Of a stretch of 64,000 nucleotides of DNA, positions 1 through 12,394 are shown one piece after another. Below the pieces are notes generated by a model that ran no database searches, was not told the DNA's origin, and saw only the letters and a list, made by a program, of their open reading frames with translations. The DNA is from Mobula birostris (Eukaryota). The position numbers and the translations under genes are program-made. The stretch spans positions 125,411,492-125,475,491 of the forward strand of contig NC_092372.1 in assembly GCF_030028105.1 (NCBI RefSeq), read 5' to 3'. Within the stretch, counting starts at the first letter, position 1, and every line of letters begins with the position of its first letter.

Positions 1-360
1 GAGGAGCTGCATCTCGGTGCACCTGGCGCAGATGTGGCCAATCAGGGAGGCTGGAGGTCTCCCAGGATTCCATCTGACACCCTGAACAAAGCACTAACCC
101 TGCAGGCATGCTACCTAATTCTACAGGAATGAAACAAGGAAAAATAAGTCTACTCAACCAAATACCTCGCCAAACACACGAACTTTTTAAACCGTTAGTT
201 CGTACCATTAGCTGTGTGAGCCCTGATGTTCTTCTGTCTGTCCAGGCCGAATCGCCAAGGGGACGAAAAAGGGTTGGTGCCTCGCTCTCGCCTCTTCCTG
301 TTACCACCTAAGCTCATTGAACCAAAGCCCTACACTCTGCTGCCACTCACTCCGCTGCCC
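1..360 (-). mobile_element. CR1 LINE 5' end (5'UTR and start of ORF1), truncated by window edge
   Basis: Minus strand of 1-100 reads like VLCSGCQ..WETSSLP..HICARCTEMQLL with a frameshift, matching the Cys/His N-terminus of the CR1 ORF1 at 41175-42074. Confidence 0.65.
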
Positions 361-616
361 GCTGTATAGTTTAAACTGTTTAATCTGTTAATGGTTTATA
401 GCCGGACAATATTTACTGTCAGAACAGGCCCTGTACTCCTAGGAGGTATCTGTGTCTATGAAATGTTTTATTAAATTATAATGGTAATGTATAACTGTTC
501 TCCTCTCCCTTGTTTCTGTTTTGTACAACAGTGGCTGGCTGTAGTCCACATGATGAACTGGACAGAAAGTCACATAAAATGGAGATCCCAATCAGCTGGT
601 AATATTCAATTCCAGC

Positions 617-1590
617 GTCATAGAACATAGAAATCTACAGCTTATTACAGGCCCTTTGGCCCACAGTGCTGTGCTGACCATATAACCTACTCTAGAAACT
701 GTCTAGAATTACCCTACCACTTGGCCCTCTATTTTTCTAAGCTCCATGGACCTATCTAGGAGTCTCTTAAAAGACCCTATTGTATCCGCTTCTACCACTG
801 TTGCTGGTAGTGCATTCCACGCACCCACCACTCTGAGTGAAAAACTTACCCCTGACATCCCCCTTGTACATATCTCCAAGCACCTTAAAACTGTGGTCCC
901 TCATGTTAGCCATTTCAGCCCTGGGGAGAAAACCTCTGGTTATCCACATGATCGATGCCTCTCATCATCTTATACATCTCCATCAGGTCACCCCTCATCC
1001 TCCGTCGCTCCAAGGAGAAAAAGCCGAGTTCACGGAAGCTATTCTCATAAGGTACACTCTCTAATCCAGGCAACATCCTTGTAAATTTCCTCAGCACTCT
1101 CTCCATAGTATCTACATCCTTCCTGTAGTGAGGTGACCAGAACTGAACACAGTACTCCAAGTGGGATCTAACTAAGATCTTGTATAGCTGTAACATTACC
1201 TCATGGTTGATGAATGCCAACACACCATACACCTTCTTAAACATGCTGTCAACCTGCACAGCTGACTTGAGTGTCCTATAGACATGGACCCCAAGATCCC
1301 TCTCATCCTCCATACTGCCAAGAGTCTTACCTTTAATACTACATTCTGTCTTCAAATTTGACCTGTCAAACTGAACCACTTCACACTTACCTGGGTTGAA
1401 CTCCATCTGCCGCTTCTCAACCCAGTTCTGCATCCTATCACTATAACCTCTGACAATCCTGCAGACTATCCACAACACTCCCAACTTTTGTGTCATCAGC
1501 AAACTTACCAACCCACCCTTCTACTCCTTTATCCAGGTCATTTATAAAAATCACAAAGAGGAGGCGTCCCAGAACAGATCCCTGAGGCAC
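617..1590 (-). mobile_element. CR1 LINE 3' fragment (RT C-terminus)
   Basis: ORF 915-1511 contains HLEYCVQFWSPHYRKD and ERRRMRGDL; CATAGAA tail repeat near 620-636. Confidence 0.9.
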
Positions 1591-1852
1591 ACCACTGGTC
1601 ACAGTACATTTTTATCTGTGATCCACAAAAAAGGCTAACATCTGGAATACATCCGAGCAGTTATCAAGCTAAGTCCAGATGAAAATTGATATGGACTTGT
1701 GGGAAGAGATCAAAAGACAATAATCACTATTGACACAGTTTTAAACTGTATTTAATATCTCTTTGCTGATCTCTTGCAAAAACAACTCATTGTTTCATCT
1801 TCTGACTTGACACATTACTGCCAGATTTATTAGTTTCTGATAATGCCAGGAT

Positions 1853-3560
1853 GCTGTTTCTTGACTGCACCTCAGTGTTTAACACAATCATTCCTACAGT
1901 TCTGATCAAAAAACCAAAGCCAACAGTATTGTGAAGGACCCCACACACCCCTCATACAAACTCTTTTCCCTCCTGCCATCTAGCAAAAGGTACCAAAGCA
2001 TTCGGGCTCTCACAACCAGACTGTGCAACAGTTTCTTCCCCCAAGCCATCAGACTTCTCAATACCCAGAGTCTAGACTGACATCCACTTGTCCTCTACTG
2101 TGCCTATTGTCTTGTTTATTAATTATTGTACTGCCCTGCACTGTTTTGGGCACTTTATGTAGTCCTGTGTAATAATAGGTATCCGTTAGTCTCATGAGAC
2201 CATGGATTTGTGCCTTGGAAGGTTTTCAGAGTGCAGGCCTGGGCAAGGTTGTATGGAAGACCGGCAGTTGCCCATGCTGCAAGTCTCCCCTCTCCACACC
2301 ACCGATGTTGTCCAAGGGAAGGGCACTAGGGCCGATCTAGCTTGGCACCGGTGTCATCGCAGAGCAATGTGTGGTTAAGTGCCTTGCTCAAGGACACAAC
2401 ACGTTGCCTCAGCTGAGGCTCGAACTAGCAACCTTCAGATCACTAGACCAATGCCTTAACTACTTGGCTACGCGCCAACACATGTCCTGTGTAGGTCTGT
2501 AGTCTAGTGTAGTTTTTGTGTTGTCTTACATAGTCTAGTGTAGCCTTGTGTTGCCTCACTTAGTCTAGTGATGTTTTGTGTTGTTTCATGTAGTACCATG
2601 GTCCTAGAGGAACGTTGTTTCATTTTTACTGTCTACTGTACCAGCAGTTTATGGTTGAAATGACAATAAAAAGCGACTTGACTTGACTTGACTTGAAAAG
2701 CTACAGAGCCTGGGCCTCTGTACCTCCCTCTGCAACTGGACCCTCGACTTCCCAACCAGAAGACCACAATCTGCGTGGATTGGAAATAACATCTCCACCT
2801 CGCTGACAATCGGCACTAGCACACGTCTTAGCCCACTGCTCTACTCTCTCTACACCCTTGACTGTGTGGCTAGGCACAGCTCAAATGCCATCTGTAAATC
2901 TGCTGACGATACAATCATCATTGGCAGGATCTCAGATGGAGATGAGAGGGCATATAGGAGTGAGATATATCAGCTAGTGGGGTGGTGTCACAGTAACAAC
3001 CTTGCACTCAGTGTCAGTAAGACCAAAGAACTGATTGTGGACTTCAGAAAGGGTAAGATGAGAGAGCACATACCAGTCCTCAGAGAGGGATCAGAAGTGG
3101 AAAGGGTGAGCACTTTCAGGTTTCTGGGTGTCAACATCTGTGAGGATCTATCTTGCGCCCAACATATTGATGCAGCTACAAAGAAGGCATAACTGTGGCT
3201 ATATTTCACTCGGAGTTTGAAGAGGTTTGGTGTCTCACCAAAAACACTCACAAGTTTCTACAGCTGTGCTGCGGACAGCATTCGAGCTGGCTGCATCACA
3301 GGTCTAGTATGAGGGGAGGAGGCACTGCACAAGATCGAAGTAAACTACAGAGTTGTAAACTCAGTCAGCTCCATCATGGGCTCTAGCCTCTGTAGTATCG
3401 AACACATCTTCAAGGAGCAGTGCCTCAGGAAAGTGGCATCCATCATTAAGGACCCCATCACCCAAGTCATGCCCCCTTCTCACGTTACCATCAGGAAGGA
3501 GGTACAGAAGCCTGAAGACACACACTCAATGATGCAGGAACCTCTTCTTCCCCTTTGGTG
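1853..3560 (+). mobile_element. Rex1/Babar-type LINE fragments (two adjacent pieces)
   Basis: ORF 2866-3192 has [22 protein letters not shown]...[15 protein letters not shown], a Rex1-type RT motif; first piece ends in AATAAA plus (GACTT)n at about 2665-2696. Confidence 0.8.
2171..2483 (-). mobile_element. tRNA-derived SINE
   Basis: Pol III A/B-box head on the minus strand; 9-bp TSD GTCCTGTGT at 2162-2170 and 2484-2492; related copy at 60091-60380. Confidence 0.85.
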
Positions 3561-4138
3561 TCCATTTTCTGAATGGACATTGAACACACGAACATTATCT
3601 CACTTTCTAGTTTTATTTTTGCACAATGATATTAAACCTGTTTCTGATTCAGATAATGAGTGCCTGCCAACGTGCTTTAGGGATTTCAGGATTAAGCCAT
3701 TGACCTCCAACCGTCTCTGGAGAATGGGACTAGGACTGCTGTTTGCCACTATTTTATTAATATGACTGCACATTGTATTTCATTACTGGACAGAAGTGCT
3801 GCAGCTTTCCACTAACAGAATTTGAAAAGCATTTCCATTGGTTGCTGCAAGGACATGTAAAATTATGTTCAGCAGCATGTCCCTTGTTTTCATTTCTGAA
3901 TCCACTGACCAGTTCCCTCTCATTTGCTTGCAGTTTCTTGAAGGAGACTTTTGTTTTGCTCCTAATCATTTTAAGTCTAGGCTTCAGTCTCTGGACTGAA
4001 AATCTATTTATGGCTGATTATGTGGACTCCGCTGAGGACAGTGTCAAGCAATTGTTGTCACCGTAACATTAGTAAGCAACACACACAAAATGCTGGAGGA
4101 GCTCGGCAGGTCAGGCAGCACCTCTGGAAATGAATAAA

Positions 4139-4176
4139 CAGTCGACATTTCAGGCCGGGATCCTTCTTCAGGGCTG
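4139..4176 (-). ncRNA. Minimal type-I hammerhead ribozyme motif in a Penelope terminal-repeat fragment (about 4075-4200)
   Basis: Minus strand: CAGCC-CTGAAGA-AGGATCCCGGCCT-GAAA-TGTC-GACTG. CUGANGA and GAAA cores plus GUC triplet are present; stem I has one mismatch. Confidence 0.6.
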
Positions 4177-6679
4177 GAACGGAAGGGGGAAAATGCCAGA
4201 TGTTCAGAAATGTACAGTCTTACAGAGGAAATATGCAGAGTATTCCTTAAAAGGTATTTGAACATAGCATTGTAATAAAGTAACCGCAACTTTCACCATG
4301 TTACTTAAAAGGAACATTTTAACTTTCCTTGTCTTTGTATGGACTGTTTCGGCCTGTGGAATGGATCACACTCGGTCATTTTCAGATGCGAGAACATTGG
4401 TGGTGGAGTGAAGTAGGTTTGCTCAGGTTCTGAAACAAAAGCGGAAAGTTGAGTGTATTTTCATTTCTGAGTTTGTTGAATTTTTGTTTCACAGGCAATG
4501 GTATTTTGAGAATTTTGATGACACATTTAGCAAGGTTATTTGTGGACTAATCCATGACATGATTGTGTTGTGGTGATGACAATCTCACACAGAGATTCTT
4601 GCTTTTCTTGTGGTCATTCTATCCTGCGGAAGCTGCATTGGTCCGAATCTCAGTTTCATGCCTTTCTCTGCATTTGCCTTTGTCCTGCCTCTCTGGCTTG
4701 TAGATGTTGATAATTTATCTTTCAGGGTATCTCTGTACACATAAACTGAAGCCGGCAGCATTCCTATCAATGAATATGGTCTCAATCCATAGTTCTGTAA
4801 GATACAATAAAGTTCTTGTTTCCGTGATTTTCTTTGTCACAGGATCTTTACCATATATACATATATATATACACATGTGAAAACTAAGCGTACTGTAAAC
4901 TGTTGAAGAACTCACTGTTATCCCTCCTCAGTGCTTGCAAATCATCTAACAGTGCAGCGACATAGTACATTTTGTAGATTCCGACCTGACATTTTCTCCA
5001 GTGGGGTTCTTAATATAGTCATCACCTGTTACAAATATACACGATGGAGAGCACTTGGTAAACGCACTCCTTACACACGCACATTCACGCACACACTCAA
5101 ACCTTGCCTTGTCATTCTGTTTTGCGCTGAGTGGATACACTTCACTGTCTTCCTTGGTATATTCTCATCATGGGTCCTAAACCAAGCTGATGCACTTGGG
5201 TTGTCTTTATGGTGCCTTTGCTGCTATACATGATGGAACACTCCATTTCTTTAGCAACGGGGATGTGTAAGCCTGTAAACATTGTTTGTATACTGTATCT
5301 AAGGTCGATAGTTCTGTTGATTTTGTAATATGATTCTAACTACACTGTGGGCTACATCAGATTCTTTGTTGGTAATTAAACATTCTATGTCCTAGTGCTG
5401 AATTAAAGGGACTCTTAACCCTCAATATGAGAGACAGATAGGGGCTGTCGAGAGTTCACATTGGACAAGAATAGTACAGACTATTATTATGTTTTCTGGC
5501 AGATTTTGTAAGTATTGGTAGTTTTCTTTTCACTAATTTTTGTAAGTTTAATTTTTGATGCACCTAATAAACACTCTTGCACTGATGTGCTAAGTGACTC
5601 CAGCCATTTTTTCCTTTGGTCATTACCCACATACCTAACTATCAACTCTAATGTTAACACATGCACTCTTGGGTGCTTCCACTATCTTGAAGCTTGACAT
5701 TGTGGTTGCTTGGCATATCAAACACTTGTCCCATTCCTGGGATCCACAGTTTTTCCCTTAACAGATGTTTCTTGATGTTGTTGTGAATATTGTCCATATT
5801 GCATTCCTGTAGTGACTCTGATCTGACAAAGCAGTTATCTTGGAGCACAAGTTTTATGAATCAGGTTTATTATCACTGGCATATGTCATGAAATTTGATG
5901 TTTTGCAACAACAGTACAGTTCAATTCATAAAAAATTACTATAAATTACTATAAGAAATATTAGACCATAAGACATAGAAGCAGAATTAGGCCATTTGGC
6001 TCATCGTGTCTGCTCTACCATTCCATCATGGCTGATTTATTATCCCTCTCAACCCCATTCTCCTGCTTTCTCCCCTTAACCTTTGATGTCCTGACTAATT
6101 AAGAATCTATCTACTGCCAATTTAAATATACCCAATGACTTGGCCACCACAGCCATCCATGGCAATGAATTCCACAGATTCGCCACTCTCTGGCTAAAGA
6201 AATTCTCCCTCATCTGCATTCTAAATGGATGTCCCTATATTCTGAAGCTGTCCCTCTGTTCCTAGACACATATATAGAAGTAAAATGCTGAGGTAGGGTC
6301 TGGCATACATTGTCAGAAATCTGATGGTGGAGGGGAAGGAGCTGTTCCTGAAGCATTGAGTGTGTGTCTTCGGGCTCCTGTCCCCCTCCATGGTAGCAAT
6401 GAGAAGAGGGCATGCTCTGGGTGGTGGGGGTCTGTTAATGATGGATGCCTTAATGATGAATGAACATGGTAAGTTGAATTTGGAGATTGTTGTGAACTGT
6501 GCGTTCAAATTCCAGTCTATATAGTGTAAATCACAGGAGGGCGCTGTTTCCATTTCTGTGATTGATGCTGTACCCACGGCAAAGAGTGACATTGTGTTTC
6601 ATTGATTTAGGCAAGGTATTAATGCTCACAATGTCTCTGCAATGTGGGAGGAAACTGGAACAGCCAATTAGCCTGCTTT

Positions 6680-7180
6680 TCAAATAGACTGTCTGTAGAG
6701 GTACGAGTGAGAGCATCCTGACTGGCTGCATCACTGCCTGGTATGGGAACCGTACCTCCCTCAATCGCAGGACTCTGCAGAGAGTGATGCGGACAGCCCA
6801 GCACATCTGTAGTTGTGAACTTCCTACTTTTCAGGACATTTACAGAGACAGGTGTGTAAAAAGGTCCCAAAGGATCATTGGGGACCCGAGTCAACCCAAC
6901 CACAAACTGTTCCAGCTGTTACCATCTGGGAAATGGTACCACAGCATAAAAGCCAAGACCAACAGGCTCTGGGACAGCTTCTTCCACCAGGCCATCAGAC
7001 ATATTAATTCATTCTGGCACAACTGTATTTCTATGTTATATTGACTATCCTGTTGTACATACTATTTATTATAAATTACTACAAGTTGCACATTGGACAT
7101 TTAGATGGAGATGTAATGAAAGGATTTTTACTCCTCATGTATATGAAGGATGTAATTAATAAAGTCAATTCAATTCAATT
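6680..7180 (+). mobile_element. Rex1-type LINE 3' end
   Basis: ORF 6784-7044 (IIGDPSQPNHKLFQLLPSGK...LWDSFFHQAIR); AATAAA followed by (TCAAT)n tail; related copy on the minus strand at about 50690-51020. Confidence 0.8.
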
Positions 7181-7800
7181 CCCGCCTTCCCCTTTGTATC
7201 CCTTCATGCCCTGACTAATCAAGAACCTGTCAACCGCGACCTTAAATATATACAAAATCTTGGCCTCCACAGCCGCCTGTGGCAATGAATTCTACAGATC
7301 CACAATCCTCTGACAAAAGAAATTCCTCATCTCATTATTCTCAAAGGTTCTCTAGTCAACGAATTAAACAGGCAGTTAGCTAAGGTCAGGCTGTGTTAAT
7401 GGAGAAAGTGAGTCAATATGACAGGGATAATTTGGAGCAGAAATGGTCAGTTCTGATGCAAAGTAAGTAAGTTGAAAATTTAACAGGCTTTCTATCTATC
7501 AATGTCTGTGCAGTGAAACCAGAGCACCCTGAGGAAACCGACACAGTCACTGGGATGCAAACTCCACCCAGACAGTACCGACAGATCACTGCAACTCCAC
7601 CAGCTGCACAGCTGCCCTTGCTCAGGAATGTCATTTACAATGAAACGTTCTCCCAACTGTCAAACCCTATATAAAAAACTTTGCCAAGTTAGAGATGGGC
7701 AACATTATTACCAGTCACTGTTGAGTTTTGTCCCCTTTCAATAGAGGATCCTTGGTGAGAATTTCTGTTCTTGTTACTTGCCTTACTGCTGGGGATATAA

Positions 7801-10182
7801 CACTGGACCACAAATGTTCAGAAGTGTTACTTCATCAGGATTTTTTTTTTGTTTATGATAGGCCACTTGAAGCTGAACACACATATAATTTCAGATTACT
7901 TCCATTGATGGATTCCAATTGCCCAGATATTGTTTCTCCATGACCACAATGTCCTGGTGAAACCTTTAACCATGCTCGTCACTGACAGAGCCTAGAATTG
8001 TAGGGAAGAAGTCTAAATGGGAATGTAGAAAATGAATCTTTAGAGACATATTGCACTTCATGGTTTTGTATGCTTGAAGCATGTTGTCAACCAGCTGCAC
8101 ATAGCTTGGTGCTCTGTAGTTGCCAAGAAAGTTTTCCACAACATCCATAGAAACCATAGAAACCATAGAAACTACAGCACAGAAACAGGCCCTTTGGCCC
8201 TTCTTGGCTGTGCCAAACCATTTTCTGCCTAGTCCCACTGACCTGCACATGGACCATATCCCTCCATACACCTCCCATCCATGTATCTGTCCAATTTATT
8301 CTTAAATGTTAAAAAAGAACCCGCATTTACCACCTCGTCTGGCAGCTCATTCCATACTCCCACCACTCTCCTTGTGAAGAAGCCCCCGCTAATGTTCCCT
8401 TTAAACTTTTCCCCCCTCACCCTTAACCCATGTCCTCTGGTCTTTTTCTCCCCTTGCCTAGGTGGAAAAAGCCTGCTTGCATTCACTCTATCTATACCCA
8501 TAATTTTATATACCTCTATCAAATCTCCCCTCATTCTTCTACGCTCCAGGGAATAAAGTCCTAACCTATTCAACCTTTCTCTGTAACTGAGTTTCTCAAG
8601 TCCTGGCAACATCCTTGTAAACCTTCTCTGCACTCTTTCAACCTTATTTATATCCTTCCTGTAATTTGGTGACCAAAACTGAACCCAATACTCCAGGTTT
8701 GGCCTCACCAATGCCTTATACAACCTCATCATAACATTCCAGCTCTCATACTCAATACTTCGATTAATAAAGGCCAATGTACCAAAAGCTCTCTTTACGA
8801 CCCTATCTACCTGTGACGACACTTTTAGGGAATTTTGTATCTGTATTCCCAGATCCCTCTGTTCCACTGCACTCCTCAGTGCCTTACCATTAACCCTGTA
8901 TGTTCTACGTTGGTTTGCCCTTCCAACGTGCAATACCTCACACTTGTCAGTATTAAATTCCATCTGCCATTTTTCAGCCCATTTTTCCAGCTGGTCCAAG
9001 TCCCTCTGCAGGCTCTGAAAACCTTCCTCACTGTCTACTACACCTCCAATCTTTGTATCATCAGCAAACTTGCTGATCCAATTTACCACATTATCATCCA
9101 GATCATTGATATAGATGATAAATAACAATGGACCCAGCACTGATCCCTGTGGCACACCACTAGTCACAGGCCTCCACTCAGAGAAGCAATTCTCTACCAC
9201 CACTCTCTGGCTTCTTCCATCGAGCCAATGTCTAATCCAATTTACCACCTTCCCATGTATACCTAGCGACTGAATTTTCCTAACTAACCTCCCATGCGGG
9301 ACCTTGTCAAAGGCCTTACTGAAGTCCATGTAGACAATATCCACTGCCTTCCCTTCATCCACTTTCCAGGTAACCTCCTCGAAAAACTCCAACAGATTGG
9401 TCAAACATGACCTACCACGCACAAAGCCATGTTGACTCTCCTTAATAAGCCCCTGTCTATCCAAATTTTTGTAGATTCTGTCTCTTAGTACTCCCTCCAA
9501 TAACTTACCTACTACTGACGTTAAACTCACCGGCCTATAATTTCCTGGATTACTTTTCGATCCTTTTTTAAACAACGGAAAAACATGAGCCACTCTCCAA
9601 TCCTCCGGCACTTCACCCGTAGACAGCGACATTTTAAATATTTCTGCCAGGGCCCCCGCAATTTCAACACTAGTCTCCTTCAAGGTTCGAGGGAACACTC
9701 TGTCAGGTCCCGGGGATTTATCCACTTTAATTTTCCTCAAGACAGCATTCCTTGAGTACCTTCCATGAGATTTTCTACATTCCCACTAGAAATTCTTTGA
9801 ATTGCCTGTCGTTGGTGACCTGTTTGATTTCGGGACCAACAAAAATTGATTCCTTAATCTTGGCATCAGTTGTTCTGAGAAACATCTGTCTCAAATATCA
9901 AAATCCTTCATGGAAACTTATAGTTTTTCTAAAACCTGTCCTGCCAAGCAGCATCTGCTCTGGCTAAGCATGCCCAGGCACGCCAGGACAAGATGGGAAA
10001 CTTTTCAGGTTGCATTGTGGGCACCAATTGACTTGAATTATGAATTGAAATTACAAATATAGGCAATTTTTAAAAAATGATGCGTGATTGGGAAATTTCA
10101 TGGTGATTTTCATGATCTGCATCCCAAAATCCATAAGATACACCCAGAAGTATTCAGGAAGCAAAATCTTTGTTGTCTCGTG
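7801..10182 (-). mobile_element. Decayed DNA transposon with transposase C-terminal fragment, split by a CR1 insertion
   Basis: Joining 9749-9930 to 7966-8146 gives DAKIKESIFVGPEIK..WKVLKDVVENFLGNY..MSLKIHFLHSHLDFFP..SDEHG (in-frame stops present). Possible imperfect TIRs CACTGGACCACAAA (7801) and CACGAGACAACAAA (10182, minus). Superfamily not assigned. Confidence 0.7.
8147..9747 (-). mobile_element. Young 5'-truncated CR1 LINE (copy A) with uninterrupted RT frame
   Basis: ORF 8229-9740 (503 aa): PGNYRPVSLTS, QHGF, DFSKAFDKVPH, GVPQGSVLGP, FADD, open to its stop; (TTCTATGG)n tail at about 8147-8172. Confidence 0.95.
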
Positions 10183-10359
10183 TAATGGATCCTCTACTAG
10201 TGAGGAACTTTAAGGGGATAAGCTTATAGATGTAAATAAGACAATAAAAAGAGCAGACATGAGAGATAAGTCAAATACTTTTCCCATGTTAGGGATATCA
10301 AAACAAGAGGGCATGGTTTAAAGTGCGAGGAATGAAGTTTAAAAGAGTTTTGAACACAG

Positions 10360-10628
10360 GTGGGTGGTGCAGTAGAGATACATTTCTACCAAAGGAGGTG
10401 TAAGGTGCTCCCTCCCTCTGCTAGCCTGCAGGTCACCCTTGGGCAAGGCGTAGCATCTGCTTAGCACCCCGATGAGGGTCATGTGAACCCATGGAAGCAG
10501 GTGGTGAATGATCGTATGTGTAGCTGGTGCATATCACAAGTCCTGGTTATACAACCACTGACACCAGGTGGATGATCTCTGAAGAGAATTGATAATGTCT
10601 GGGGTCACCTGTCTTATAAAGACACTGT
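10360..10628 (+). mobile_element. SINE-like repeat; second copy on the minus strand at about 34420-34765
   Basis: Shared body TTCTACCAAAGGAGGTGTAA...GGGGTCACC...TAAAGACACTG. The longer copy continues into AATGGCAAACCACTTC, resembling RTE/BovB-type tails. Confidence 0.6.
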
Positions 10629-10629
10629 G

Positions 10630-11290
10630 AACCAGATCCCCAGCTATGGGTAAGTAGCCCCACTGCCTTGTGTTCAGCCTTGGGAGAAATGAAGGCTATG
10701 GTTCCGCTCAACGTATGATAGCCTTTTTGACTTTATTGGCTAAGAGAGCCATTTTATTGAAGTGGAAGGATTCTAATCCACCTACGGTCTTTTATTGGCT
10801 TTCCTCCATTATGTCCTGTTTAAGTTTAGAGAAAATAAGAAGACAGACTTTTGATACATCCTTTAAATTTAAGCAAATCTGGCGACCTTTTATTCAATAT
10901 TTTCATTTAATTTGATTTAGTACTCTTCCAATTTTTTTTTCGAAGTCTTAGATTTGATCAGAACGTCTTTTTTTTTTGGTCGTATCCTCAGAGTGGATTG
11001 CACAGTCCCCTTTTTCTTTGTTTCTTTTTTTCTTGTATAGTGTAATGGGTTTTTTTTCTTCATTTAAAATTCAAAGCTTTTTCTTTCCTCCTTATGAACT
11101 GATAAGAGGAGAATTGCTATTTTCTTTTTTTATTATATATTATATGCTAGCTTAACACTATGTATGTTTTTGATAATGTCTATCTCAATCTCGGTTAGTA
11201 TTGTTATTGATATATATATTTGAGATAATTCTCCTCTTGTTTGCATTTATGTTCCTTTTAAATCAATAAAAAGATTAATAAAGAAAGAGA
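10630..11290 (+). mobile_element. L1/Tx1-clade LINE 3' end (ORF2 C-terminus and 3'UTR)
   Basis: ORF 10670-10915 LAKRAILLKWKDSNPPT..W..LSLEKIR; T-rich 3'UTR ending in AATAAA and an A-rich tail at about 11265-11290. Confidence 0.75.
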
Positions 11291-11704
11291 TGAAGGCTAC
11301 AGGAGTAAACAGACAGCAAATCCGGAGTGGAGACTCTGAGGCAGCTGGACATCACTGAACATCCTCCTGGCAGCTCCTGCAGCCAAACATATTGTTTCAT
11401 AAGCTTTCCTTTGGACTATACTGGTGAGTCCAAGAGGGGGTCTTGATGATTGGGCATCTCAGGATCTCCACATCTTCCACCCAGGCTTGTGAAGATCATC
11501 ATCACCCATTGTCCTTCGAGACAGATAGATGCTAACCAATGGATATAATCCATAAATTTTCTGAATAATAAACATAGCACAACCTTTATTTTGAAAAATT
11601 TTAGAGCTTCAACATATTGTGTTTCAAGTTGGTGATACCATTTATTGGAGCGGCAAAGTGAAAGATCTGCTTGCATCTATATGTTCTGATGTTGATACGT
11701 AACT

Positions 11705-12372
11705 ATTAGATTAGATTAGATTGTGAGGACACACAGTCCACTTTTATTGTCATTTAGTAATGCATGCATTAAGAAATGATACAATGTTCCTCCAGAATGA
11801 TATCACAGAAACACAAGACAAGCCAAGTCTAAAAAAACTGACAAAAACCACATAATTAGTGCAAAGCAATACCGTAATTTGATAAACAGCAGATCATGGG
11901 CACGGTGAAAAAAAGTCTCAAAGTCTTTTAAAAGTCCCATCATCTCACACAGGCGGTAGAAGGAGAAAAACTCTCTCTGCCATGAGCTTCCAGCACCACA
12001 AACTTGCCGATGCAGCATCCTGGAAGCAATCGACCACAGCCGACTCTTGAGTCCGTCTGAAAACTTCGAGCCTCTGACCAGCCCTCCGACACCGAGCACC
12101 GAACACCATCTCTGCCGAGCGCTTCGACCCCGTCCCAGCAATAGGCAATAGGCAAAGCCGTGGATTCGAGGCCTTTCCCTCCGGAGATTCTTGATCGCAC
12201 AGTAGCAGCGGCAGTGAAGCAGGCACTTCAGAAGTTTCTCCAGATGTTCCTTCGTGCTTCTCACGTCTGTCTCCATCAAATCAGGATTGTGCATGGTACC
12301 TACTTACAAATACGATATAATTTCGGTGCAGCCACACACGCTGCGTCGTGCCGCCATCTTCTCCTCCCCTCC
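11705..12372 (-). mobile_element. Non-autonomous element of about 660 bp (Rex1-like ends)
   Basis: 5' AAGATGGCGGC (12350-12360, minus), 3' GACAATAAAAG plus (TCTAA)n tail, no RT coding; homologous copy at 49876-50550. Confidence 0.7.
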
Positions 12373-12394
12373 CATTAATCAGTTAATCAATCAA

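Noticed and set aside
11803-12294. 163-aa ORF and its counterpart at 50098-50475
   Set aside because: Stop-poor GC-rich body of a repeated non-autonomous element; frames are not conserved between the copies.
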